Part shown: piece after piece, positions 23,025 to 35,677 of the stretch | How the letters are laid out: every line of letters starts with the position of its first letter | Numbering within the stretch: position 1 is the first letter of the stretch | Source of the DNA: Octopus vulgaris | Lineage: Eukaryota | DNA length: 64,000 nt | Assembly: GCA_951406725.2 (NCBI GenBank) | Contig: OX597820.1 | Location: forward strand, 56,296,001-56,360,000 | Reading direction: 5' to 3' | The notes under the pieces: model-generated | The model's database searches: none | Seen by the model: only the letters and a program-made list of their open reading frames with translations | Told to the model about the DNA's origin: nothing | Program-made: the position numbers and the translations under genes

Positions 23025-23210
23025 TCAAAAAAATACCTTAGGAATGAGAACCCAGGATCGAAATTTCCCCAAGACACCTGATGAAGGCTGGAGGGTATAT
23101 CAGCCGAAACGTTGTGTTAACAACAAACAAGATGAGGACAAATATCTGTCAAATATAAATAATGTAAATAATGTACATAATTCCTCATCTCTTAAATATA
23201 GAACTGTATT
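22897..23210 (+). mobile_element. tRNA-headed SINE-like element containing a minimal hammerhead motif
   Basis: A box tggagtagtgg, B-box-like gagtttgattcc, (aat)n linker, hammerhead motif at 23073-23118; 11-bp TSD aagctgtaata at 22886-22896 and 23211-23221. Confidence 0.75.
23073..23118 (+). ncRNA. Minimal type I hammerhead motif (dimer-type stem III)
   Basis: gacac-CTGATGA-a-ggctg(gagggtatat)cagcc-GAAA-cg-TT-gtgtt; palindromic aacgtt. Confidence 0.6.
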
Positions 23211-23916
23211 AAGCTGTAATAGGTTTATAGTACTTTGATTAATATATATGCTAATGGTCTGGTAATAGTCCATAGCAAGTGTGGGGTGTAGGTGTATGTA
23301 TGTCTATACATGTGTTCATGTCAACATGTATATACTTATCTTTCTTCGGCTTATCTTTTAATTCTTATACTTTGTAATTTTTATTTTTTTTATTACTTTA
23401 CTCTGTCATGTATTCACTGTGAACCATAGCCAGACCTATTAACTGGAAATTGTATCCATCCTCTATCATTACAGCCAACAACCTAATTGCGACTACAACA
23501 TGCCAAGCAAAACTGAATATATTTAACGAAGTATCTTATTTAAAACAAGACACTCAATGAAATGCATTCTGCACTGGAGGATACAACACAACCAGTTGTA
23601 CAGTATCCTACCCACAAGAGACAGATGCAGAATGGGTTGAAACAATCATTGTGTTGAATAAAGATTCTTGCAAACTCTATTTTCTGTCACTCTCAATCAT
23701 TATAAGCTCAACGAACACTGCAGAATTCCTGAGGTAGATCCAGTGACTCTTATATCAGAAATGTGGATGACATTAGGTTGCCTAATAAGTGAAAATGCTT
23801 TAATCAGCCTACTACTAACTGTATACCCAAGGCCCAAATAATTACTCATATATATGTATATGAATATGCAGATAATTGTTCAAATTATGCTACATATTTG
23901 CTTATTAATATATATA

Positions 23917-24472
23917 CAGGGTGAACCAAAATGATCTGACACATTTGGAGGTTTAATAAAAGCAAAAAATAAGAAATAATGAAAAGAAAAATTTTATTTT
24001 CTGAATTTACATATAATGCCATTTTATTTCATTAATTTTTAAAAATTAAATCAGCTAAATGCTTTCCATCATTGTCAACACACTGTTAGAGACGTTCATG
24101 AAAGTTATCGATAACTCGATGGATTATTTCTTCTGGAATGGTTGCTATTTCTACACAAATTGCACGTTTTAATTCATCAATAGATCGAGGGCGATGACTG
24201 AATACTTTTGATTTTTAAATATCCCCACTAGAAGAAATCACATTTCACCATTCCAGAAGAAATGATCCCTAGAGTTATCGATAACTTTCATGAACGTCTC
24301 CAACAGTGTGCTGACAATGATGGGAAGCATTTAGCTGATTTAATTTTTAAAACTTAATGAAACAAAATGGCATTATATGTACATTCAGAAAATAAAACTT
24401 TTCTTTTCATTATTTCTTATTTTGTGCTTTTATTAAGCCTCCAAATGTGTCAGATCATTTTGGTCCACCCTG
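23917..24472. mobile_element. Tc1/mariner-derived palindromic MITE with ~200-bp inverted arms
   Basis: cagggtg...caccctg ends with TA flanks; arms contain a transposase C-terminal remnant (VIDNFHERLQQCADNDGKHLADLIFKT*). Confidence 0.9.
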
Positions 24473-26015
24473 TATAATATGTGTGTGTGTGTGTGTGTGT
24501 GCGTGCGCGTGTGTGTGTATAACCCCTTATCAGACCATTTCATCCTACACCTTTGCACAACTGATAAACATACACATACACACACACACACACACATACA
24601 CACACACACAGACACACACATACACACACACACATCGCTTGACAACTGATGCTGGTGTGTTTACATCCCTGTAACTTAGTGGTTCAGCAAAAGAGACTGA
24701 TAGAATAAGTACTAGGCTTACAAAGAATAAGTCCTGGGGTCGATTTTCTCAACTAAAGGCGGTGCTCTAGCATGGTCACAGTCAAATGACTGAAACAAGT
24801 AAAAAAAAAGTAAAAAAAAGAGAGAGAGTATGTATGCATATACGCTATATACACACAGACATCAGATTTGTTAACCACCGATGCTCCTGAATTCGTGCTT
24901 TAATATGTTTATTTTTTATCCATTAGGCTTCCAAAATCACCAGCCTCACACACTTGGTGGACTTGCCTGTTTAATTATCAATGACCCAACAATGCATACC
25001 TCATAATAGCTTACGTAGTTACGAATAGCAGGCCTCCAGTTACCAGGCATCTGTTTCTCCACACACACTCACACATGCGAGTACACTCACACATGCAAAC
25101 ACATACAAATTAGTCAATCAAATTTTAATGTAGCTGGATTTTCACATTTTATTTTTTATTTTTGTATTTGTACAAATACTTAGATGCGTTTTATCAACCT
25201 TCTGGTAAATATTTACTTAGCAACAATAGCTATATCTGGGTGGATATTTACAGAAATTATAACTGTAGCAATAACTTAATGGCATTGCTATGTTGTTAAT
25301 TACTAGGTGGGAAATAATCTATAAAATGTTTTCAGTATTACAGCAGTTTTTAGGTGAATATCATTTTTAAATCAACTTAAATTTAGATTAATATTATTAT
25401 CCATTCAGAACTGATTTGGTTTTCTCAATAAAATTCTTCTTTGTGCCATTCTTTTAACTTCACTTGAATAAAAGTTTATAGAAATGAAATATCAAAACTG
25501 TTCATTGCAATATGTTTCCAAATGACTACTTGATGGGATCTGTCTGACATTAGGATTCCTAATTTGCTGCTCGTGTACTTATATATGTTCTGATAATATA
25601 GCTATATGCATGTGTGAGTATATTTGTGTTTCTATGCTTTAATATCATGCAATAGTTTTAAATGTGTATCATTGTCATACAAGCCATGGTGTTAATTACC
25701 AATATGCTGTAACAACATGTCTGGTTATGGGAAAATATTAATTTACTTGGGAAACAGGTGAGGGTTGGTGACAGGAAAGAAATCCAACCACAGAAAACTT
25801 GCCTCAATATTTTCCATTTGGCCTGTGAAAACCTGGAAAAGTGTATGTTAAATCAATGATGATGATAACGACGCTGATGATGTTGATGATGTGTTCAGGG
25901 TCACTGTCTTGAAGAGTTTAATTAATTAAGCCAACCCCTGCATTTATCATTTAAACCTGGTACTTATTCTGTTTTAGCCTTCATATGACGCCACCCCGCT
26001 GGCCAAGCGAGCAGG

Positions 26016-26049
<34 letters not shown>

Positions 26050-27084
26050 TGCATACATACATACATACATATATTTAGATAGATGCATATATTCTTTTAT
26101 TCTTTTATTTGGTTCAGTCATTAGACTGTGGCCATGATGGAGCACCACCTTAATTGACCCCACGACTTTTTATTGTAAGCCTAGTACTTAATCTATCGGT
26201 CTCTTTTGCCGAAATGTTTAGTTATGGGTATGTAGACAAACTACCATCAGTTGTCAAGTGATGATTGGGGAACAAACACAGACACACACACATGTGTGTA
26301 GATATATATATATATATATATGATGGGCTTCTTTCAGTTTCCATTTACCAAATCCACTCGCAAGGCTTTGGTCCGCCCAAGGCTATAGTATAAGTCACTT
26401 GCCCAAGGTGCCATGCAGTGGGACGGAACTCAGAACCATGTGGTTTGTAAGCAAGCTACTTATCACACAGTATCTCCTGCATCTAATATATATATATGTG
26501 TGTGTGTGTGTGTATATATAATATATATATATGTATGTATATATTTATATATAACAGCCTCTGTCATATTTAATGAAAATTATAGGTTTTCATTTTTGGT
26601 TACAAATATATATATATATATATATATACTAGCAGTATCGCCCGGCGTTTGCTAGCATGGGTTGGACAGTTCTGCTGGGGTCTGTGAAGCCAGAAGGCTT
26701 CATCAGGCCCAGTCAAATCTGGCAGTGTTTCTACGGCTGGATGCCCTTCCTAACGCCAACCACTCCGTGAGTGTAGTGGGTGCTTTTTATGTGCCACCCG
26801 CACTGGTGCCAGACAGAGCTGGCAAACGGCCACGAACGGATGGTGCTTTTTATGTGCCACCGGCACGAGGGCCAGGCGAGGCTGGCAAATATATATATAT
26901 ATATATATATGTATGTATATACATACATATATATTATTCTCTCACACCCAGCCAAACATGCTGTTACTTATATAAGTTCAGGTAGTTCTCACAGGAAGAG
27001 TCACGATTCTCACCATAACAATATACATGCATACATACATACATATATATATATATATACTTATATGATATAAAAATGAGATAT

Positions 27085-27117
<33 letters not shown>

Positions 27118-27249
27118 GATAGATATAGATATATATATATATACACACGCACACACACACAGATATGATATATGTATGTATGTATATATATATAGAGAGA
27201 GAGATATTTGCATATGTATGTATATGTGTGTGTATATATATATAAATAC

Positions 27250-27332
<83 letters not shown>

Positions 27333-28929
27333 TATACCTGCATATTTCAATATATATATAATAAATATATAATACAATATATTTACACACACACACACAC
27401 CCCACTTACATGTAAGGGTAGTCCCTCAATTCATTGAGTCAATTAGTCATGGGAAAATACATCAAGTTACCTAAATTTACACAACTTTATAAACACACAC
27501 ACACACACCAGACATATATATATGTTGTTTACATCCTGGACCACTTCATTTTAGAAAACTGCTTTATTGTTTAAACACATAATCGCTCCTCGTGTGTAAT
27601 CTTCATCTTGCAACAAACAAGCTGTCACAATGAAGAATTTAAGGTAATTAATTCAATTATATAATTAACAAAAATTTACTCTTGTATTACAGAGACTTTT
27701 GCATTTAATTGTTTTGGTTGTTGAAGTTATAGCATTTGTACTATTAGTTACTCTCTTTTACTTGTTTCAGTCATTTGACTGCTGGAGCAAATCGAGCAAA
27801 TCGACCTTTAGTCGAGCAAATCGACCTCAGGACTTATTCGTTGTAAGCCTAGTACTTATTCCATCGGTCTCTTTTTGCCAAACCGCTAAGTTACGGGGAC
27901 ATAAACACACCAGCATCGGTTGTCAAGCGATGTTGGGGGGACAAACACAGACACACAAACATATACACACACACGTACATATATACAAATATATGACAGG
28001 CTTCTTTCAGTTTCCATCTACCAAATCCACTCACAAGGCTTTGGTCGGACCTAGGCAATAGTAGAAGACACTTGGCCAAGGTCCCACGCAGTGGGACTGA
28101 ACCCAGAACCATGTGGTTCATAAGTATGCTACTTACCACACAGCCACTCCTACGCCTTTTAGTTTTGCATATTATTATGTAAGTATTTAGCTTATATTTG
28201 TTTCAGTCATTAGACTGTGGCCATGCTGCAGCACCACCTTGAAGAATTTTTAGTCGAATGAATCGACCCCAGTACCTATATGTTCTTTCTTTCCAAGCCA
28301 AGCCTTGTACTTGTTCTAACAGTCTCTTTTGCTGAACTGCTAGTTTATGTGGACATAAACACACTAGCACCTGTCATTAATCAGTGGTGGGAGACAAACA
28401 CAAAGCCACATATACATACATATATAAACTTATATGTATGATGGACCTCTTTCAATTTCCATCGACCAAATCCGCTTGCAAAGCTTCCATCAGTCTGAGG
28501 TTATAGTAGTAAGCACCTGCCCAAGGTGCCACACAGTGTGACTGAACCCAGAACTATGTAGTTAAGAAGCAAGCTTTCATAACATACAGCCATGTCTATG
28601 CCTAATGCAAAATTTAATCTAAATATTAATAATATATTAAAGCAATGAGGTGGCATAATTGTTAGAGCATCAAACAAAACGCTTAGCAGCATTTCCTAAT
28701 AAATGTTGATAAAAGTTAATATATGTAGCTGTGTGGTTAGAAAAGTGCTTTGTAACCACATGGTTTCAGGTCCAGTCCCACTGTGTGCACCTTGGGCAAG
28801 TGTCTGAGACTGTGGGTAGATTTCGTAGATAGAAACTGAAAAAGGTCTGTAGTGTGTGTGTGTGTGTGTGTGTGCATGTATATATATAAATGTGTGTGTG
28901 TTTGTCTGTTTGTCTGTCCTTGTGCCCTC

Positions 28930-29418
28930 AACCAAATATGAACCATTTTGTTGCACAATGCATCTCCATCTTTCCTTTAACTTGAAAATACCCTCTTCCC
29001 AGAATTGAGGTGGTTTCATGGCAAAGAATTCATCGCAGTATCTTTTTACGTCATCCAAGGAATTGAAATTTTTACCATTAAGACTATTCTGCAGAGACCT
29101 GAATAAGTGGAAATCTGAAGGAGCAATATCTGGTGAATATGGAGGGTGGGGTGACACATCCCAGCCGAGCTGCAGCAATTTTTGTCTAGTTCCCAAAGCA
29201 CCAAGCGCTGAAAATGAACTTTCTTATCGTCTATTTTAAAGGGTTACAGAATTAACACAGGTTATAGGAACATAAACCTTCTTCCACGAAAAGATAGCTT
29301 AAACTGTGCTCTAAATGGAGGTGTAGTCAAATCCTATTTTATGGACTCAACCATGTTCTAAAATAAGTTGAAAAGTAAGCTACTATAAATCGGTACAAAC
29401 TTTCTGGACAACCCAATA
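28930..29418 (-). pseudogene. Internally deleted mariner transposon: left TIR + C-terminal transposase fragment
   Basis: LGWDVSPHPPYSPDIAPSDFHLFRSLQN...GIFKLKERWRCIVQQNGSYL; TIR-like tattgggttgtccagaaagtttgtaccgat at approx. 29389-29418; sits within a SINE A remnant. Confidence 0.9.
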
Positions 29419-31393
29419 TTTTGGTCACATGCTCTTCCTGTTTGTTAACCCATTTTAGTCACCTTTTATGATATGTAGGAACACAGTATACCTTTTCTGA
29501 AAATAAGATACAAACAATAAGCGAAGTGAGAAACAGTCTGTAGCCTTTATATTTCATTGGTACACACATTTTAATGGACTATGTTGTTGAGGAAGTATGT
29601 ATCTTACTGATAAACACAGCACAATGGTGGTAATAGGATATGAAGTCTGGACGTCTGACAAGCACACACACACACAGCACACATACTTCAGTTGTTTATT
29701 TGAAGCATTCCTTTATTTCTAATAATGTTTTCTAGTATAGGCTGAAGGTCTGAAATTTTGTGGAAAGAGCTGTTCTCATACTAAATGACCCCAGTATTTG
29801 ATTGGTAATTTATTTTATTTACTCTTGAGAGATAAAAGGGAAAGAAGGTTAATCTTGGTGGGGTTTGAACTCAAGATGTAAAGATTCAGGACAAATACTG
29901 CAAGTCATTTTTGTCCAACAGTCTAAAGATTCTGCTAGTCCCACACCTTTATTTCTAATAATACATATAATTGTGGAATTATGTCATTTTAAGTATTATC
30001 TTTTATTGCTTCATCAGAGGAAGAACAATGCTCATGACCTTTTTCAGAACCTTCTAGACTAGCTGGAGGAAGAGAGGAATTATCTACAGACCGGAGACCC
30101 GATCTGAATTCTTGAAACATAATGGATTCTGCTAAAGGCATATATGGGTCAGTTAGAGTTAGTTGCGTTGAACCAGATGACAAATAGATTAATATGAAGA
30201 ATATATTATACTCAATAATCTCAAGCGAACACTGTGTCAGACAAATGGCCTACTGTAGGCATTTGTAAATATTTAATTCAGAGATCTGTTATTGTTATTT
30301 AGAGAGAATTGCAACAGACTGTATGTCCTAGGCTTAGGATTGTGCTATGTTCCTGGGAGAGGGTCCTGACCTTCTATGCTCATTATAAAAGGTTGCTATA
30401 AGAATTAATGACCATGAATGACAGCTCATTATACATAGCTGATGAAGCATAATAGTAGAAAAATGTGCTCTTTCTGTGGTCCAGTGACATCATTCATGGA
30501 CTTGTGGTGGATTTTCACCTGTTCAGTCTATAAGGAGAATTTCTTCTCTTGATACATCGTGTAAAGTCTATTGTCTTTCCATGTCTGAATGTACACAAAC
30601 ATGGTAAAATAGAGTGTGCACAACTTATTCTTATTATCCACAGAAGTTTGAATGAAGGACATTCTCACAGTATGTAGTTATGTTTCTTTACTTTCTGAGC
30701 TCAAATCTCAACAGGTCCAACTTTGCTTTTATTTTTACATTGGTATATATGTATATATATGAATATATATGTGTATATATATATGTATATATGTGTGTAT
30801 ATATATGTGTATATATATATGTGTGTATATATACGGATGGACAGATTTATAGATAGATTGATAGATATCAAATTTCCCTGTAATCTTAATCCTGAAGTTT
30901 ACTCTACTAAACTTGTAGTGACACTCAAAATCTACTTGTCAAATTATGAAGTTATTGTCATGTCATAACAATGGCTTATTCATGTGAGAGGCTGAGTTAT
31001 TGGCCAATCAGCAGCCAAATTTCATGATCAATCTAGATCTTTCTCAACCTTTTCCTCTCAAGAATTACATAGATGCTAGTTTTTAGTACCAATTTTCAGA
31101 GTGTGTGTTAACCTGTGAACCAGCTGCACACACTCTCTTGCCTTTGTAATAATGGTTTTCATGACTGTCTGCTCAGCTTGGATATTTTTTATTTATCTGG
31201 CTAAAATGAATCTACTATATATATTTTCTCCTCAGTACAGAACTTTTGTAATCAACTAATTATGAATGTCACATAATTAGTCCTTCATATGTGTTGACCT
31301 GATGTTGAAAGTTAATAATTCATTACTAATCACAAGATTTCTTGTACGGTGAAATAGAAGTATCTATTAAATGTTTGCTTGGTACTGTTTATA

Positions 31394-31941
31394 CAGGATG
31401 ACTCCGCCCAAAAAACAAACCCCACAAATTTTTGAATAAAATGACACAGTAGGATAGATCAAGATGAACAGTAGTTCCAGAAAGATGGGGGTCACCCCAC
31501 ATCAAATGACTCCCTAGCTTGGTTGAGAGAATGATTTCAGGAGAGAATGATCAGCAGGAAGTGTGACATTGAGTGAACACCACATTCACTGGACTTAAAC
31601 TCCGTGCCCAGATTTTTATCTATGGGGGTATCTCAAGGATAATGTTTACCAGAACAACCCTCAAATGATTGGTGAACTGAAGGCAGCAATCACAGCTGAA
31701 ATCAGGGAAATCCCTTAAATAGGAATGTGTTCAAGTGATTGACAATTTTGCATGACGTATGCAAGTGTTTGTGTGATGTATGCCATTTGGAGTATATTCT
31801 GAAAAGAACATGACTTTTAGGCAAAGGGAATGATCGTACATAGACTGAAGTTTAAGTCCAGCAAATTTCTTGAAATTTACAGGACCTTTGTTGGATTAAA
31901 TAAAAATTTTATGAGTTCTGTTTTTTTGTGGGGTCACTCTA
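31394..31941 (+). mobile_element. Degenerate Tc1/mariner-superfamily deletion derivative
   Basis: Frameshifted PHSLDLN..DFYLWGYLKDNVYQNNPQ..ELKAAI motif; caggatgac / gtcactct ends with TA flanks. Confidence 0.75.
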
Positions 31942-32486
31942 TATCATTCACACACAACCTCACATACATATAACCAACCAGTGACAAGCTCATCAATAGG
32001 GACAGGCTATTAGAAATTACTTTATATCAGAGGCTGAAAGTTTTACAGATCATATTCCTGAAAATCTATAAATATTCAATTTCCTTGTGAATATATATAT
32101 ATGTACATATGCACATATATATGCACATATATATGCATATATATATACATACATACATACATACATATATATCATTTTATTTATGTGCCCTTTTCAAGCC
32201 TAACCAGGCTCATGGGCCCGGTTTCCCGGTTTCTGTGGCGTATGTGCCCCCCACAGCTGGATGAGATGCCAGTCCATCGCAGCATTACTCAAGAAACAGG
32301 AAGAAAGAGTGAGAGAAAGTTAGGGATGAAAGCATACAACAGGGGTCGCCACCACCCCCTGCTGGAGCCTCATGGAGCTTTAGGTGCTTTCGCTCAATAA
32401 ACACACACAACACCTGGGAATTGAAACTGCTATCCTCCAACTGTGAATCCATTGCCCTAACCACTGGGCCATTGCACCTCCACAAA

Positions 32487-32528
<42 letters not shown>

Positions 32529-32865
32529 TATACATACATGTGAGTCCCCTCAATAATTTAAAGAAAATATCTATTCTCGTTGTGAATATATATATATGTA
32601 TATGTATATATATATATATGAGTCCCCCTCAGTAAGTTAAAGAAAATATTATCTTTGAAGTTGCTAGGTTAGAACAGTAGAGTACATTAACATAGACATA
32701 GGAAAGTAGACATTCCCTAGACCCACCATAGTTTCAGTTGCTGAGCAATGAATTCATGGCTGAACAGATACACATATGCTTTACTTTATTTATAGACATC
32801 ACAAATGAAGGGTCTTTGAAGATGAGAAGAATATATATTTATATAAAGGTTATATATATAAGGAT

Positions 32866-32928
<63 letters not shown>

Positions 32929-33502
32929 ATAAAGATTGTATGTATATATATATATTCATACATGTGTGTGTATGTATTGCTAGCCACTTCCAGTGATGGA
33001 ACTTTCGTCTCTTCATAAGTAATTATTTCCTTCCTTTGTGGAAGGACTCTAGTCACTATAATAACTCTTATCAAATCTGTCTGTATGTATGCATGAATGT
33101 ATGTATGTATGTATGCACGCGTGTGTGTGTGTGCATATGAGTGTGTGTGCCTGTATGTGTGTGTGTATCTGTATGTATGTCTGTATGTATATATGTATGC
33201 ATGCATGCACATGCATACATACATGCATACATATATATACATATATATATATATATATAAATTTATAAATAAGGATAATATCTCTATTTAAATATCGATC
33301 TTATCAAGTGGCCAGCATGGGAATAAATACCATACAAAGGTAATAATTATTTAAAACTATAAATAAGGGTATCTGAGAGATACCACCATGCTGAAATAGC
33401 AGTCAAGACCCCGACTCCAAGAACCACCTTAAATGTTCATATCGCGCCATGAGATAAGACAGAGAGACAAAAAAAACTAGTAAAAAAGATTTTACTGGAT
33501 AA

Positions 33503-33561
33503 TTCCAAGATCCTGGATTTCTGGCTTTGCTTCCAATTAGCTCTGCCTTCGTCAGTTGAAT
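33503..33561 (-). ncRNA. Type I hammerhead motif in a ~330-bp element inside (TA)n
   Basis: ttcaa-CTGACGA-a-ggc...gcc-a-GAAA-tcc a gga-TC-ttgga; AUC cleavage triplet; near-palindromic stem III. Confidence 0.6.
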
Positions 33562-33801
33562 ATGCCATATGGGTACATAAATACAAATATATATACAGAA
33601 CACATGTTATACTTACATATACGAATGTCCTTACATACATATATATGCACGTTAATATATATATATATATATACACACAGATATAGATACATTTAGTCCA
33701 ACATAGGTCATGTGTCAGCATGTGTATATATATAAAGAAATTAACAGAATGAGATAAAAATCCAAGGTTATAAAGATTTCAGAACATTTATAAATAGAAG
33801 G

Positions 33802-33847
33802 TCTTACAGCTGTTTCTGGGATATTTTATATATCCCCTCATTGGAGA
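33802..33847 (-). ncRNA. Degenerate hammerhead motif
   Basis: tct-CCAATGA-g-gggata(tataaaa)tatccc-a-GAAA-cagctg-TA-aga; core mutated; palindromic acagctgt. Confidence 0.45.
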
Positions 33848-33937
33848 TGGTGTGAGAAAATGATTAAGCAATAGTTATTCTAGATAAGATATGAAAGAGA
33901 GAGTGAAGTGGGGGAATGAAAACACAGAGGCACAAAC

Positions 33938-33980
<43 letters not shown>

Positions 33981-34924
33981 TGTATATGTATATACATATA
34001 TACGACAGGCTTCTTTCAGTTTCCATCTACCAAATCCACTCACAAGGCTTTGGTCGGCCCGAGGCTATAGTAGAAGACACTTGCCCAAGGTGCTGCGCAG
34101 TGGAACTGAACCATACAGCCTCTTCTAAGCCTATATATATATATATATATATATAGGCACAGGAGTGGCTGTAATGTAAGCAGCTTGCTTACCAACCACA
34201 TGGTTCTGGGTTCAGTCCCACTGTGTGGAATCTTGGGAAAAGCCTTGTGAGTGGATTTGGTAGATGGAAACTGAAAGAAGCCCGTCGTATATATATATGC
34301 ATGTGTGTGTTTTTGTTTGCCCTCCAAACATCGCTTGACAACCGATGCTGGTGTGTTTACGTTCCAGTAACTTAGAATAAGTACTGGGCTTACAAAGAAT
34401 AAGTCCTGGGGTCGATTTGTTCGACTAAAGGCGGTGCTCCAGCATGGCCACAGTGAAATGACTGAAGCAGGTAAAAGAATAAAAGAATACACACATATAT
34501 AAAGCACACACTCCACACACACATACACAAAAAACATGCGCGCACACACACACACATGCACATGCACACACACATACACATACATACATGCACTTGTTGA
34601 CATCCAGAGACACATGTGCCACATATATATGATGAATCCTATTCATTTTAAACAAAGACTGTTCTAGCTGCTTGGTCTATAGAACCACCCACACATCAAA
34701 TTATCATGGTTTTCTCAATAATGATGGGAAGTACATCAGCACTTCTACGAATACCAGCCCATCTGACACTACTTCTAGTGATACTTGCTGGGATATTGAA
34801 ACACATGTTTTAAAATTTCAGAAAAAGAATCAAACCCTTCCCAGGTAATATTATATAAGCTCTTTTTAAGTTGTTTCTAAAAACCAACAAACTTATTTCT
34901 TCTTATTGGCATGAAATGCCTTAC

Positions 34925-35260
34925 TGGCACTTGTGCTGGTAGCATGTGAAAAAAAAATATTCGAGTGAGGTCATTGCCAGTGTCGCTGAACTGGTTCCTG
35001 TGCAGATGGCATGTAAAAGACATCATTTGAATGTGGTCGTTGCCAGTACCGCCTGACTGGCTCCTCGTGCTGTTGGCATGTAAAAGCATCCACTACACTC
35101 TCGGGGTGGTTGGCGTTAGGAAGGGCATCCATCAGTAGAAACTCTGCCAGATCAGATTGGAGCCTGGTGAAGCCATCTGGTCGCCAGTCCTCAGTCAAAT
35201 CGTCCAATCCATGCCAATATGGAAAGTGGACTTTAAACGATAATGATGATGATGATGATG
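34925..35260 (+). mobile_element. RTE-tail-like non-autonomous repeat ending in (gat)n (other copies approx. 1045-1225 -, 9268-9590 +, 26655-26890 -, 60165-60300 -)
   Basis: Shared ggttggcgttaggaagggcatcca...aatcgtccaacccatgc...aacgatgatgat sequence. Confidence 0.7.
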
Positions 35261-35677
35261 AAACATGAAATTTTGAGGGATGGGTGCTGATCAATGTAAT
35301 CAACCCCAGTGGTTCTTATTTTATCAACCCCACTGGTTCTTATTTTATCAATTCCGAAAGAATGAAAGGCAAGTTGACTTCAATGGAATTTGAACTCAGA
35401 ATATAGAGCTGAAAGAAATGTTGCTAAGCATTTTGTCCGGCATGCTAATGATTCTGCTGGTTTATGTTGTCTTAAATTGTTGTGACCCCCTTCGGTCATG
35501 AATGACCATGGGATTGCACCTAGAAAGTTACCCTCTGAGGTACAAGTCTGGGCAAGGTTGTTTATGGAAGACCAGCAGTCACCCATGAATACCAGCTTCC
35601 CCTCTCCACGCCACCAGTGTTATCCAAGGGAAAGACAAAGGCCGATACAGCTTGACACCAGTGACGTCGCAGCTCAT

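Noticed and set aside
26964-27405. YIYI/THTH/CVCV/LSIY ORFs here and throughout (e.g. 43103-43808, 54311-54750, 63288-63650)
   Set aside because: Translations of dinucleotide and tetranucleotide microsatellites.
27555-27642. Exon-like segment with acceptor and aag|gtaatt donor
   Set aside because: Stops in all three frames; could be a UTR exon but cannot be tested from sequence alone.
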